Source of the DNA: Eledone cirrhosa
Lineage: Eukaryota
NCBI GenBank assembly: GCA_964016885.1
Contig: OZ024741.1
Span: 16,430,001 to 16,494,000, forward strand
Length of the DNA: 64,000 bases
Reading direction: 5' to 3'
Shown: in pieces, positions 25,301-37,474 of the stretch
Layout of the letters: every line of letters starts with the position of its first letter
Numbering within the stretch: the first letter of the stretch is position 1
Translations under genes and position numbers: made by a program
Notes under the pieces: generated by a model
Told to the model about the DNA's origin: nothing
Databases searched by the model: none
The model's input: the letters and a program-made list of their open reading frames with translations, nothing else

Positions 25301-28300
25301 GAATCTCACCTCCTTCTGCCAGGTGTTGTGTTATGTAATGACAGGGTATATCTGGAGGTCCTGGGCTAGAATGTCACCTCTGCCAGGAGTTGTGTTATGT
25401 AATGACAGGGTATATCTGGAGGTCCTGGGCTAGAATGTCACCTCTGCCAGGAGTTGTGTTATGTAATGACAAGGTATATCTGGAGGTCCTGGGCTAGAAT
25501 GTCACCTCTGCCAGGAGTTGTGTTATGTAATGACAGGGGATATCTGGAGGTCCTGGGCTAGAATGTCACCTCTGCCAGGAGTTGTGTTATGTAATGACAG
25601 GGTATATCTGGAGGTCCTGGACTAGAATGTCACCTCTGCCAGGTGTTGTGTTATGTAATGACAGGGGATATCTGGAGGTCCTGGGCTAGAATCTCACCTC
25701 CTTCTGCCAGGTGTTGTGTTATGTAATGACAGGGGATATCTGGAGGTCCTGGGCTAGAATCTCACCTCTGCCAGGAGTTGTGTTATGTAATGACAGGGGA
25801 TATCTGGAGGTCCTGGGCTAGAATCTCACCTCTGCCAGGTGTTGTGTTATGTAATGACAGGGTATATCTGGAGGTCCTGGGCTAGAATGTCACCTCTGCC
25901 AGGTGTTGTGTTATGTAATGACAGGGGATATCTGGAGGTCCTGGGCTAGAATCTCACCTCTGCCAGGAGTTGTGTTATGTAATGACAGGGTATATCTGGG
26001 GGTCCTGGGCTAGAATGTCACCTCTGCCAGGTGTTGTGTTATGTAATGACAGGGGATATCTGGAGGTCCTGGGCTAGAATCTCACCTCTGCCAGGAGTTG
26101 TATTATGTAATGACAGGGGATATCTGGAGGTCCTGGGCTAGAATCTCACCTCTGCCAGGCGTTGTGTTATGTAATGACAGGGGATATCTGGAGGTCCTGG
26201 GCTAGAATCTCACCTCTGCCAGGTGTTGTGTTATGTAATGACAGGGGATATCTGGAGGTCCTGGGCTAGAATCTCACCTCTGCCAGGAGTTGTGTTATGT
26301 AATGACAGGGTATATCTGGGGGTCCTGGGCTAGAATGTCACCTCTGCCAGGTGTTGTGTTATGTAATGACAGGGGATATCTGGAGGTCCTGGGCTAGAAT
26401 CTCACCTCTGCCAGGTGTTGTGTTATGTAATGACAGGGGATATCTGGAGGTCCTGGGCTAGAATCTCACCTCTGCCAGGAGTTGTGTTATGTAATGACAG
26501 GGGATATCTGGAGGTCCTGGGCTAGAATCTCACCTCCTTCTGCCAGGTGTTGTGTTATGTAATGACAGGGGATATCTGGAGGTCCTGGGCTAGAATCTCA
26601 CCTCTGCCAGGTGTTGTGTTATGTAATGACAGGGGATATCTGGAGGTCCTGGGCTAGAATCTCACCTCTGCCAGGAGTTGTGTTATGTAATGACAGGGTA
26701 TATCTGGGGGTCCTGGGCTAGAATGTCACCTCTGCCAGGTGTTGTGTTATGTAATGACAGGGGATATCTGGAGGTCCTGGGCTAGAATCTCACCTCCTTC
26801 TGCCAGGTGTTGTGTTATGTAATGACAGGGGATATCTGGAGGTCCTGGGCTAGAATCTCACCTCCTTCTGCCAGGTGTTGTGTTATGTAATGACAGGGGA
26901 TATCTGGAGGTCCTGGGCTAGAATGTCACCTCCTTCTGCCAGGTGTTGTGTTATGTAATGACAGGGGATATCTGGAGGTCCTGGGCTAGAATCTCACCTC
27001 CTTCTGCCAGGTGTTGTGTTATGTAATGACAGGGGATATCTGGAGGTCCTGGGCTAGAATGTCACCTCCTTCTGCCAGGTGTTGTGTTATGTAATGACAG
27101 GGGATATCTGGAGGTCCTGGGCTAGAATCTCACCTCTGCCAGGAGTTGTGTTATGTAATGACAGGGGATATCTGGAGGTCCTGGGCTAGAATCTCACCTC
27201 CTTCTGCCAGGTGTTGTGTTATGTAATGACAGGGGATATCTGGAGGTCCTGGGCTAGAATCTCACCTCTGCCAGGTGTTGTGTTATGTAATGACAGGGGA
27301 TATCTGGAGGTCCTGGGCTAGAATGTCACCTCTGCCAGGTGTTGTGTTATGTAATGACAGGGGATATCTGGAGGTCCTGGGCTAGAATGTCACCTCTGCC
27401 AGGTGTTGTGTTATGTAATGACAGGGGATATCTGGAGGTCCTGGGCTAGAATCTCACCTCTGCCAGGTGTTGTGTTATGTAATGACAGGGTATATCTGGA
27501 GGTCCTGGGCTAGAATGTCACCTCTGCCAGGTGTTGTGTTATGTAATGACAGGGGATATCTGGAGATCCTGGGCTAGAATCTCACCTCCTTCTGCCAGGT
27601 GTTGTGTTATGTAATGACATGGGATATCTGGAGGTCCTGGGCTAGAATCTCACCTCTGCCATGAGTTGTGTTATGTAATGACAGGGGATATCTGGAGGTC
27701 CTGGGCTAGAATCTCACCTCCTTCTGCCAGGTGTTGTGTTATGTAATGACAGGGGATATCTGGAGGTCCTGGGCTAGAATCTCACCTCTGCCAGGTGTTG
27801 TGTTATGTAATGACAGGGGATATCTGGAGGTCCTGGGCTAGAATCTCACCTCCTTCTGCCAGGTGTTGTGTTATGTAATGACAGGGGATATCTGGGGGTC
27901 CTGGGCTAGAATGTCACCTCTGCCAGGTGTTGTGTTATGTAATGACAGGGGATATCTGGAGGTCCTGGGCTAGAATCTCACCTCCTTCTGCCAGGTGTTG
28001 TGTTATGTAATGACAGGGGATATCTGGAGGTCCTGGGCTAGAATCTCACCTCTGCCAGGAGTTGTGTTATGTAATGACAGGGGATATCTGGAGGTCCTGG
28101 GCTAGAATCTCACCTCTGCCAGGTGTTGTGTTATGTAATGACAGGGGATATCTGGAGGTCCTGGGCTAGAATCTCACCTCCTTCTGCCAGGTGTTGTGTT
28201 ATGTAATGACAGGGGATATCTGGGGGTCCTGGGCTAGAATGTCACCTCTGCCAGGTGTTGTGTTATGTAATGACAGGGGATATCTGGAGGTCCTGGGCTA

Positions 28301-30972
28301 GAATCTCACCTCCTTCTGCCAGGTGTTGTGTTATGTAATGACAGGGGATATCTGGAGGTCCTGGGCTAGAATCTCACCTCTGCCAGGAGTTGTGTTATGT
28401 AATGACAGGGGATATCTGGAGGTCCTGGGCTAGAATCTCACCTCTGCCAGGTGTTGTGTTATGTAATGACAGGGGATATCTGGAGGTCCTGGGCTAGAAT
28501 GTCACCTCTGCCAGGTGTTGTGTTATGTAATGACAGGGGATATCTGGAGGTCCTGGGCTAGAATGTCACCTCTGCCAGGTGTTGTGTTATGTAATGACAG
28601 GGGATATCTGGAGGTCCTGGGCTAGAATGTCACCTCTGCCAGGTGTTGTGTTATGTAATGACAGGGGATATCTGGAGGTCCTGGGCTAGAATGTCACCTC
28701 TGCCAGGTGTTGTGTTATGTAATGACAGGGGATATCTGGAGATCCTGGGCTAGAATCTCACCTCCTTCTGCCAGGTGTTGTGTTATGTAATGACATGGGA
28801 TATCTGGAGGTCCTGGGCTAGAATCTCACCTCTGCCATGAGTTGTGTTATGTAATGACAGGGGATATCTGGAGGTCCTGGGCTAGAATCTCACCTCCTTC
28901 TGCCAGGTGTTGTGTTATGTAATGACAGGGGATATCTGGAGGTCCTGGGCTAGAATCTCACCTCTGCCAGGTGTTGTGTTATGTAATGACAGGGGATATC
29001 TGGAGGTCCTGGGCTAGAATCTCACCTCTGCCAGGTGTTGTGTTATGTAATGACAGGGGATATCTGGAGGTCCTGGGCTAGAATCTCACCTCTGCCAGGT
29101 GTTGTGTTATGTAATGACAGGGGATATCTGGAGGTCCTGGGCTAGAATCTCACCTCTGCCAGGAGTTGTGTTATGTAATGACAGGGGATATCTGGAGGTC
29201 CTGGGCTAGAATGTCACCTCCTTCTGCCAGGAGTTGTGTTATGTAATGACAGGGGATATCTGGAGGTCCTGGGCTAGAATCTCACCTCCTTCTGCCAGGT
29301 GTTGTGTTATGTAATGACAGGGGATATCTGGAGGTCCTGGGCTAGAATCTCACCTCTGCCAGGTGTTGTGTTATGTAATGACAGGGGATATCTGGAGGTC
29401 CTGGGCTAGAATCTCACTTCCTTCTGCCAGGTGTTGTGTTATGTAATGACAGGGGATATCTGGAGGTCCTGGGCTAGAATGTCACCTCCTTCTGCCAGGA
29501 GTTGTGTTATGTAATGACAGGGTATATCTGGAGGTCCTGGGCTAGAATCTCACCTCCTTCTGCCAGGAGTTGTGTTATGTAATGACAGGGGATATCTGGA
29601 GGTCCTGGACTAGAATCTCACCTCTGCCAGGTGTTGTGTTATGTAATGACAGGGGATATCTGGAGGTCCTGGGCTAGAATCTCACCTCCTTCTGCCAGGT
29701 GTTGTGTTATGTAATGACAGGGGATATCTGGAGGTCCTGGGCTAGAATCTCACCTCCTTCTGCCAGGTGTTGTGTTATGTAATGACAGGGGATATCTGGA
29801 GGTCCTGGGCTAGAATGTCACCTCCTTCTGCCAGGAGTTGTGTTATGTAATGACAGGGTATATCTGGAGGTCCTGGGCTAGAATCTCACCTCCTTCTGCC
29901 AGGAGTTGTGTTATGTAATGACAGGGGATATCTGGAGGTCCTGGGCTAGAATCTCACCTCCTTCTGCCAGGAGTTGTGTTATGTAATGACAGGGGATATC
30001 TGGAGGTCCTGGGCTAGAATCTCACCTCTGCCCGGAGTTGTGTTATGTAATGACAGGGGATATCTGGAGGTCCTGGGCTAGAATCTCACCTCCTTCTGCC
30101 AGGAGTTGTGTTATGTAATGACAGGGGATATCTGGAGGTCCTGGGCTAGAATCTCACCTCTTCCAGGAGTTGTGTTATGTAATGACAGGGGATATCTGGA
30201 GGTCCTGGGCTAGAATGTCACCTCTGCCAGGTGTTGTGTTATGTAATGACAGGGTATATCTGGAGGTCCTGGGCTAGAATGTCACCTCCTTCTGCCAGGA
30301 GTTGTGTTATGTAATGACAGGGGATATCTGGAGGTCCTGGGCTAGAATCTCACCTCTGCCAGGAGTTGTGTTATGTAATGACAGGGGATATCTGGAGGTC
30401 CTGGGCTAGAATCTCACCTCTGCCAGGTGTTGTGTTATGTAATGACAGGGGATATCTGGAGGTCCTGGGCTAGAATGTCACCTCCTTCTGCCAGGAGTTG
30501 TGTTATGTAATGACAGGGGATATCTGGAGGTCCTGGGCTAGAATCTCACCTCCTTCTGCCAGGAGTTGTGTTATGTAATGACAGGGGATATCTGGAGGTC
30601 CTGGGCTAGAATGTCACCTCCTTCTGCCAGGAGTTGTGTTATGTAATGACAGGGTATATCTGGAGGTCCTGGGCTAGAATATCACCTCCTTCTGCCAGGA
30701 GTTGTGTTATGTAATGACAGGGGATATCTGGAGGTCCTGGGCTAGAATCTCACCTCTGCCAGGAGTTGTGTTATGTAATGACAGGGGATATCTGGAGGTC
30801 CTGGGCTAGAATCTCACCTCCTTCTGCCAGGAGTTGTGTTATGTAATGACAGGGGATATCTGGAGGTCCTGGGCTAGAATCTCACCTCCTTCTGCCAGGA
30901 GTTGTGTTATGTAATGACAGGGGATATCTGGAGGTCCTGGGCTAGAATCTCACCTCCTTCTGCCAGGAGTTC
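22365..30972. repeat. 64/68 bp tandem array (~130 units, ~8.6 kb)
   Basis: Unit GACAGGGGATATCTGGAGGTCCTGGGCTAGAATCTCACCT(CCTT)CTGCCAGGTGTTGTGTTATGTAAT, period 64 (22409 to 22473). Highly homogeneous. Confidence 0.98.
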
Positions 30973-31307
30973 TGAACGGTGGATAGTATCAGCAATGAAA
31001 AATCCAATGAAGACAGTTTCCTTGACCTGGTCTAACGATTGGTTCCTTTAATTTCATATTTTATTTATTTATTTCCTGTTACTCTCGAGTCCCAAATGAT
31101 GGGGGTGGGGTGGAATATGTGGAGGGGTTGGAATAACAGAATAAGAACAGTGGTTGTTTGAAATAACCTGAAAAATCAATTTAATATAATTCCAAGTAAA
31201 GTAACTCTTTTTATGTAACGTAGGAGTTATCTTACTTTGATTATAATATATATATATAGTATCTATGTATACGTACATACATATATGTATACAGACGTAC
31301 AGTAGCA

Positions 31308-31347
<40 letters not shown>

Positions 31348-31503
31348 TACATACAGGTACACATATATATATGTACGTATCAGTTTAGCGAACGTTTATT
31401 ATAACGCCCGCTTTGTTCGTTTGTAAACAAGCGAACAGCCTAATTTATGCCATACGGTGTTAAGGCAACCACGTCACCTTTTTGTTCAACACTGACACAG
31501 GAA

Positions 31504-31544
31504 CGATGTACTAGTTTCAAGCTTGTTAGCTATCATCAGCACCG
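31504..31544 (-). ncRNA. Minimal type I hammerhead ribozyme
   Basis: Minus strand CGGTG-CTGATGA-TAGCT aaca AGCTT-GAA-ACTAGT-A-CATCG: stem I CGGUG/CAUCG, intact core, palindromic stem III ACUAGU, GUA cleavage triplet. Confidence 0.85.
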
Positions 31545-32042
31545 TATACCCTTCTGCCAGATAGTTGAACGTTCGAAAGTATATACTTTCCTTATGAAAA
31601 TTAACGGCTGAGCAGCCTAATTTGCATATCGAGTGAGTTCAGTCGGCCAGGCGTACCGAAAACGATAAGTTGTAATATAATGAAACGAAATTTCATTTCT
31701 CACTCTTAGTACGGCACTTACTTAAATGTAAGTATGTATGTATACGTACATACATATATGTATACAGACGTACAGTAGCATGCATATATATATATATATA
31801 TATACATATATACATACAGGTACACACATATATATGTACGTATCAGTTTAGCGAACGTTTATTATAACGCCCGCTTTGTTCGTTTGTAAACAAGCGAACA
31901 GCCTGATTTATGCCATACGGTGTTAAGGCAACCACGTCACCTTTTTGTTCAACACTGACACAGGAACGATGTACTAGTTTCAAGCGTTCGTAAAACGTTC
32001 GCTAAACTGATACGTACATATATATATGTGTACATGTATGTA

Positions 32043-32080
<38 letters not shown>

Positions 32081-32316
32081 TGCTACTGTACGTCTGTATA
32101 CATATATGTATGTACGTATATATACATACTTACATTTAAGTAAGTGCCGTACTAAGAGTGAGAAATGAAATTTCGTTTCATTATATTACAACTTATCGTT
32201 TTCGGTACGCCTGGCCGACTGAACTCACTCGATATGAAAATTAGGCTGCTCAGCCGTTAATTTTCATAAGGAAAGTATATACTTTCGAACGTTCAACTAT
32301 CTGGCAGAAGGGTATA

Positions 32317-32357
32317 CGGTGCTAATGATAGCTAACAAGCTTGAAACTAGTACATCG
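32317..32357 (+). ncRNA. Hammerhead ribozyme copy with G5A core mutation
   Basis: CGGTG-CTAATGA-TAGCTAACAAGCTT-GAAACTAGTA-CATCG, identical to the 31504 copy except CTAATGA. Confidence 0.75.
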
Positions 32358-32513
32358 TTCCTGTGTCAGTGTTGAACAAAAAGGTGACGTGGTTGCCTTA
32401 ACACCGTATGGCATAAATCAGGCTGTTCGCTTGTTTACAAACGAACAAAGCGGGCGTTATAATAAACGTTCGCTAAACTGATACGTACATATATATATGT
32501 GTACCTGTATGTA

Positions 32514-32561
<48 letters not shown>

Positions 32562-32689
32562 CATGCTACTGTACGTCTGTATACATATATGTATGTACGT
32601 ATACATACATACTTACATTTAAGTAAGTGCCGTACTAAGAGTGAGAAATGAAATTTCGTTTCATTATATTACAATATATATATATATAT

Positions 32690-32908
32690 TTCGTTTCTGA
32701 ATTTGTTTAGCAAGATTCTTTATCTGAAAACGTGTGTTGAAACCGATATTGTTATACTTTGGGAGGGTCATGTTGCCAATAAGAAACACACGCACCAGTT
32801 GCTTTCACTTCAATTTATTATAATAAATTTATAAATTTATTATAATAAATTGAAGTGAAAGCCATGGTGCGTGTGTTTCTTATTGGCAACATGACCCTCC
32901 CAAAGTAT

Positions 32909-32916
<8 letters not shown>
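32690..32916. repeat. Fold-back insert in (TA)n (arms ~32756-32830 / 32832-32916)
   Basis: ATATTGTTATACTTTGGGAGGGTCATGTTGCCAATAAG.. is mirrored across AATTT-a-TAAATT. A homologous non-folded copy lies at ~58905-59040. Confidence 0.85.
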
Positions 32917-32945
<29 letters not shown>

Positions 32946-33034
32946 AAAATAAATTAACGGAGTCATAAACTCGCGTTAGTCCCTGTAATTTATGAACTCA
33001 AAGGAAAAAGAATCCTAGGCACTTCAAATATAAT

Positions 33035-33190
33035 ATAATTGTTTCTACTTCTTGGCACAAGACCAGCAAATACCCAGTACATTACTGGTACTTTATTTTA
33101 TCGACCCCGTAAGGATGAAAGGCAAAGTTAACCTCGGCGGGATTTGAACTCAGTTCGTAAAGGGACGTAACTGTGCTGCAAAGCATGGCG
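33035..33190 (-). mobile_element. SINE family A
   Basis: CTGGTACTTTATTTTATCGACCCCGTAAGGATGAAAGGC..GGGATTTGAACTCAG. Confidence 0.85.
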
Positions 33191-33220
33191 TCTGAGTCTC
33201 TTATAATATATATATATATA

Positions 33221-33580
33221 TACCGTATTAAACGGCTTATAAGACGCACTTTTTTTTTTAAATGTCCTAGAAAATCACCCTGTGTCGTATAAGGTCAAGA
33301 GCTAGTTTGGGTTACTGGCTAGTGGAGTTGTAGTGTTGCAGTGGCCCTTAAATAATATTCCACACCTCCTTACGTTTTAAAACTGTACTAAAGTATTACA
33401 GCTAGAATTACGATGTAGAATGATAAAAAATATACGATGTACAAACTTTATACCCTTCACCTGACATTCGTAGTTTAACTCATTTATTTATCTATTTAAA
33501 ATGGCTGCCCAAGGACGGTATTTTTTCCTAAAATAAATCTCAAAAATCCCATGCGTCCTGGAGGCCGAAGGCTGCGTTAC
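33221..33580 (+). mobile_element. pogo/Tigger-like non-autonomous remnant
   Basis: Starts TA-CCGTATTAAACGGCTTATAAGACGCAC TTTTT, a terminus typical of Tc1/pogo MITEs. No matching right TIR was found. Confidence 0.45.
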
Positions 33581-33619
33581 TCAGGTATGTTCTAACTCCA
33601 GCGGAAATTATTTATACTA

Positions 33620-33938
33620 GACAGTAATCTGAACTCCTGTATATGACCTCTCAATGACAGTAATCTGAACTCCTGTATATGACCTCTCAATGGCAGTAAT
33701 CTGAACTCCTGTATATGACCTCTCAATGACAGTAATCTGAACTCCTGTATATGACCTCTCAATGACAGTAATCTGAACTCCTGTATATGACCTCTCAATG
33801 ACAGTAATCTGAACTCCTGTATATGACCTCTCAATGGCAGTAATCTGAACTCCTGTATATGACCTCTCAATGGCAGTAATCTGAACTCCTGTATATGACC
33901 TCTCAATGACAGTAATCTGAACTCCTGTATATGACCTG
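33620..33938. repeat. 36 bp minisatellite (~9 units)
   Basis: Unit GACAGTAATCTGAACTCCTGTATATGACCTCTCAAT. Confidence 0.95.
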
Positions 33939-34075
33939 GGGTGGAGTAAGCGGGGTCGGGTGGGGTGGAATAAGTTGGGTGGGGTGGAATAAGCGAAGTG
34001 GAGTGGGGTGGAATAAGCGGGTCGGGTTGTTGGTGGAATAAGTGGGGTGGGTAGGGTGGAATAAGTGGGGGCAGG
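33938..34075. repeat. G-rich degenerate repeat (GGGGTGGAATAAG), potential G-quadruplex
   Basis: Closely spaced GGG/GGGG runs. Confidence 0.7.
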
Positions 34076-34264
34076 TGAAAAGTCAGAAATGTTTCTAGTT
34101 AGATTAGCAAAATGTAATAAGAGGGGTGGGAGTGTCTGAAAAAGTAATAAGGGGTCGATTATTTGAGAGCCAAGAGTACACAATCACAAAACTCCCTTCC
34201 AGTATTGGTAGAGTGTGGAAGACGAGGTAACATGTGTATCAAGATTACTTATATTACTGATAAA

Positions 34265-34448
34265 GGGCGGTGGATTGGCAGTATCGGTAGAGGGTTGGAC
34301 GCCATGCTTTCTAGCATAGAGTTACGTCCCTTTACATTCTAAGTTCAAATCCCGCCGAGGTTAACTTTCCTTTTCATCCTTACGGGGTCGATAAAATAAA
34401 GTACCAGTAATACACGGGTAATTGCTTGTGCCAAAAATAGAAACAATA
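34265..34448 (+). mobile_element. SINE family A, near full length
   Basis: GGCGGTGGATTGGCAGTATCGGTAG (A box)..AAGTTCAAATCCCGCC (B box)..TCGATAAAATAAAGTACCAG..TTGTGCCAAAAATAGAAAC. Confidence 0.9.
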
Positions 34449-34539
34449 TTACTGTTATTTTCATTTTCTTCAAACCTGATTTTAAGGGAACACTAGTGAC
34501 AAAAGAAGTAAAACTGTTAAAGGGGTTACCAGAAAATAT

Positions 34540-35240
34540 TTATTTACCCATAATTTAACCTTCTTCAACTATTTACCCACAATCTTACCCTCCATTTTAC
34601 CCACAATCAAATGTTTACACATCATTTTACCCACAATAAACTGTTTAACCACCATTTTACCCACGATCAACTATTTACCCACCAATTTACACACAATCAA
34701 CTTTTTACCTATTATTTAACCCACAAGCAACTCTTTACCCACTTTCACCTTCCATTTTACTCAAAATCAACTATTTAATCATCTCTTTACCTACAATAAA
34801 CTGTTTACCCACCATTTTACCCACTATCAACTGTTTACCCTCCTTTTTACTCACGATCAACTGTTTAGCCACCATTTAACCCACTATCAACTGTTTACCC
34901 ACCCTTTTACCCACGAACAACTTTTTATCCATAATTTAACCCACATTCAACTATTTACCCACTCATTTTACCCACGATCAACTATTTACCCACAATTTTA
35001 CCCACAATCAACTATTTACCCACAATTTTACCCATGATCAACTATTCACCCATCATTTTACCCACAAACAATAAACTGTTACCCATCATTTTACCCACAA
35101 AGACTATTTACGTTGGAAATTCACTATTTATTTCTATTTACCATTTTACTCACAATTCACCATTTTACCCACAAATCACCATTTTACCCACAATTTACTA
35201 TTTTACCCACATTTACCATTTTACCCACAATTCACCATTA
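34540..35240. repeat. Degenerate TTTACCCAC-based tandem repeat (~13-32 bp periods)
   Basis: Recurrent CAACTATTTACCCAC / CATTTTACCCAC. The + strand is nearly G-free. Confidence 0.85.
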
Positions 35241-35508
35241 TCAATCCACTTCCCAATTCATCTTCAACGAATCTTCACAAAATTCATCATAGAGAACCAG
35301 ATTCACCCCAGAAAAAGCTTGACTGAGTTTTACAGAGCAGATCCATGGAAACTTCTAATAGAGTGCGAGTGGGAGAGTTGAAGAGAAATGCTATCTGACT
35401 AAATACAAAATTGTGATTTTATGTTTGAACGGCCATTTTCACTAGCAACCAATCTTTATCTTGTCTCCCTCTCCCTTTACCTTTCTCCCCCTTTATATTC
35501 GTTTTTTG

Positions 35509-35571
<63 letters not shown>

Positions 35572-35771
35572 TAAATATTTGGTCGTTTTGGAAGCGTGAT
35601 ATCGTTCGTGGTGTACCCTCTTTTAGCACTGTTAGGGAGGGCAGATTTGTAGTGGACGAACAAGTCTCTGCAGGCACCCTTGCAGTAGAAGCTGGTGTGG
35701 ATCCCTCCTTGCTCCGTGATGTTGAGTATATATATACTCAACTATGTATTGAGTATATACATATATATATA

Positions 35772-35816
<45 letters not shown>

Positions 35817-35847
35817 TCAATACTTAAGGTAGTAGAGTGGGTAATAG

Positions 35848-35952
35848 GAAAATGTTCAAGACCCCGACGGCAGAGCTCACATCGTTTCAACGGCTCAGAA
35901 ATAGCCGTCGAAATGGTGGGAGCTCTGCCATCGTGGTCTTGAACATGTTCCT
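35848..35952. repeat. Imperfect palindrome within (TA)n
   Basis: GGAAAATGTTCAAGACC..GGCAGAGCTC..TTTCAACGGCT / AGCCGTCGAAA..GAGCTCTGCC..GGTCTTGAACATGTTCC. Confidence 0.8.
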
Positions 35953-35975
35953 ATATATATATATATATATATATC

Positions 35976-36043
<68 letters not shown>

Positions 36044-36044
<1 letters not shown>

Positions 36045-36413
36045 CTATACTATAAAGCTGATGGTCGTATGTAGGTAACAAACTTTCCGCCAAGCGGCTG
36101 GACCAAACAATACCAAATTTGCACCATAGATGTAACTTTTTCCAAATAAAAAAGTGAGGCTATTTTTGTCTACTGAATTTTGTTAAAAGACATAATTTAA
36201 ATATTCACTTCTTTAAAATTTTCAAATGTCAACGCTTCCTGTTATACAACATTCCTAACATCTTTACGAACCAAAGTATCATCTTCCTGTTTTCTTTCGG
36301 TTGCAACGTTTTTTGAAATATTTACTTCTGCATTCACAGATTGATTCTTTTAGTTTCTGAAGATCCCGTTAAGGGTGAAAGCAGCGATTCTTTGCTTAAA
36401 CTTTAATATGTTA

Positions 36414-36455
<42 letters not shown>

Positions 36456-36765
36456 TATATTCGTGTGCAGATATTTTTGCATACACAAAAACAAAATATA
36501 AACGAACGTATTTATTTCACGAAAGCACAAACGGCTTATTGTCATTGTTACTGCCGATATGCCACCCAAAATGTCCCAGCCTGGCCGCAAGATCATATTT
36601 TCCAGAAGAAAAAATGTTACTAGAGCAACAGAGAGACTAAGCTTCGCGATTACCATCAACAAAGCTCAGGGTCAAACCCTAAATGTGGCTGGCCTTCATC
36701 TGGGAAAACCATGGTCAATTGTATGTAGGATGCTCTAGGATGAGCTCACCAAACAATCTTCTTTT
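36044..36765 (+). mobile_element. Helitron remnant (5' end plus Pif1 helicase C-terminal motifs)
   Basis: A|TCTATACTATAAAG 5' terminus at ~36044. Positions 36634-36762 read RLSFAITINKAQGQTLNVAGLHL..(frameshift)HGQLYVGCSR. Confidence 0.75.
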
Positions 36766-37474
36766 TCTTCACATCTTCCATCTCAACTCCCCTTCTATAT
36801 TTCTACCTTGCTCTACGTCCTCTTCTTCTCGAAGTTTATCATATTATTTGTGGTATAAAAACGTTGAGGGTTGGTGAAATAAATCACTGCCACTATTGGA
36901 ATTGAATAATCAAAACCGTAGCGGTATGTCGCATATGCAATCTCTTATATATTTTATCTGATGAAAACGTACTTAAACACCATTGTACCTTTGAAATATC
37001 TATAATAAAATATATAATTTGATTATGAGAATATTTTTCATTTAATAAATATTTTGAATAATAATATATATATATATTTACTCTGTATAACTTCATACTT
37101 CCTAATATAAGGTGTTAGGTGTGCAGTAAATATCTTTTAATTTTAATCCTGTTAAACTCGATGTGTACTGATCTTGGCTCTAAAAACAATGCAGTAAGCT
37201 AAGTTGTCCCACAATCCTCTCCACCATTTCTAAAAATTATCTTTGCTCTGCCGCCGCCATCTGTGTTATATCTATATATGCTTTCCTCCTCTTCTTTGTT
37301 GGGGTGGCACGTGCATCATCACCAATTATTTTGGTTGGCGGCGACCCATCAGCCAGGCTCCATCCTTTGATCATTATTCCCACTTCTATCTTTGTCCAAT
37401 TTCATTGGCTTCTATTTGCATTAAGCTTATTTTTCTTATTTGCATTTTCTTTTTGCATGTAGCCCATTATATAT

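Larger units (their letters stand above)
31262..32674. mobile_element. Inverted array of ~463-483 bp tandem units with hammerhead ribozymes (retrozyme/PLE pLTR-like)
   Basis: The left arm (31262-31985, ~1.5 units, period 463) is the reverse complement of the right arm (31995-32674, ~1.4 units). Flanked by (TA)n, with no coding capacity. Confidence 0.85.

Noticed and set aside
33592-34183. Repeat-protein ORFs (RSYTGVQITVIE / RGHIQEFRLLSL)
   Set aside because: These are a by-product of a stop-free 36 bp minisatellite, with no independent coding evidence.
35421-36093. ORFs rich in YI/HT repeats (also 651-1292, 31069-31362, 58725-58934)
   Set aside because: They are translations of (TA)n and (CA)n microsatellites and palindromes.
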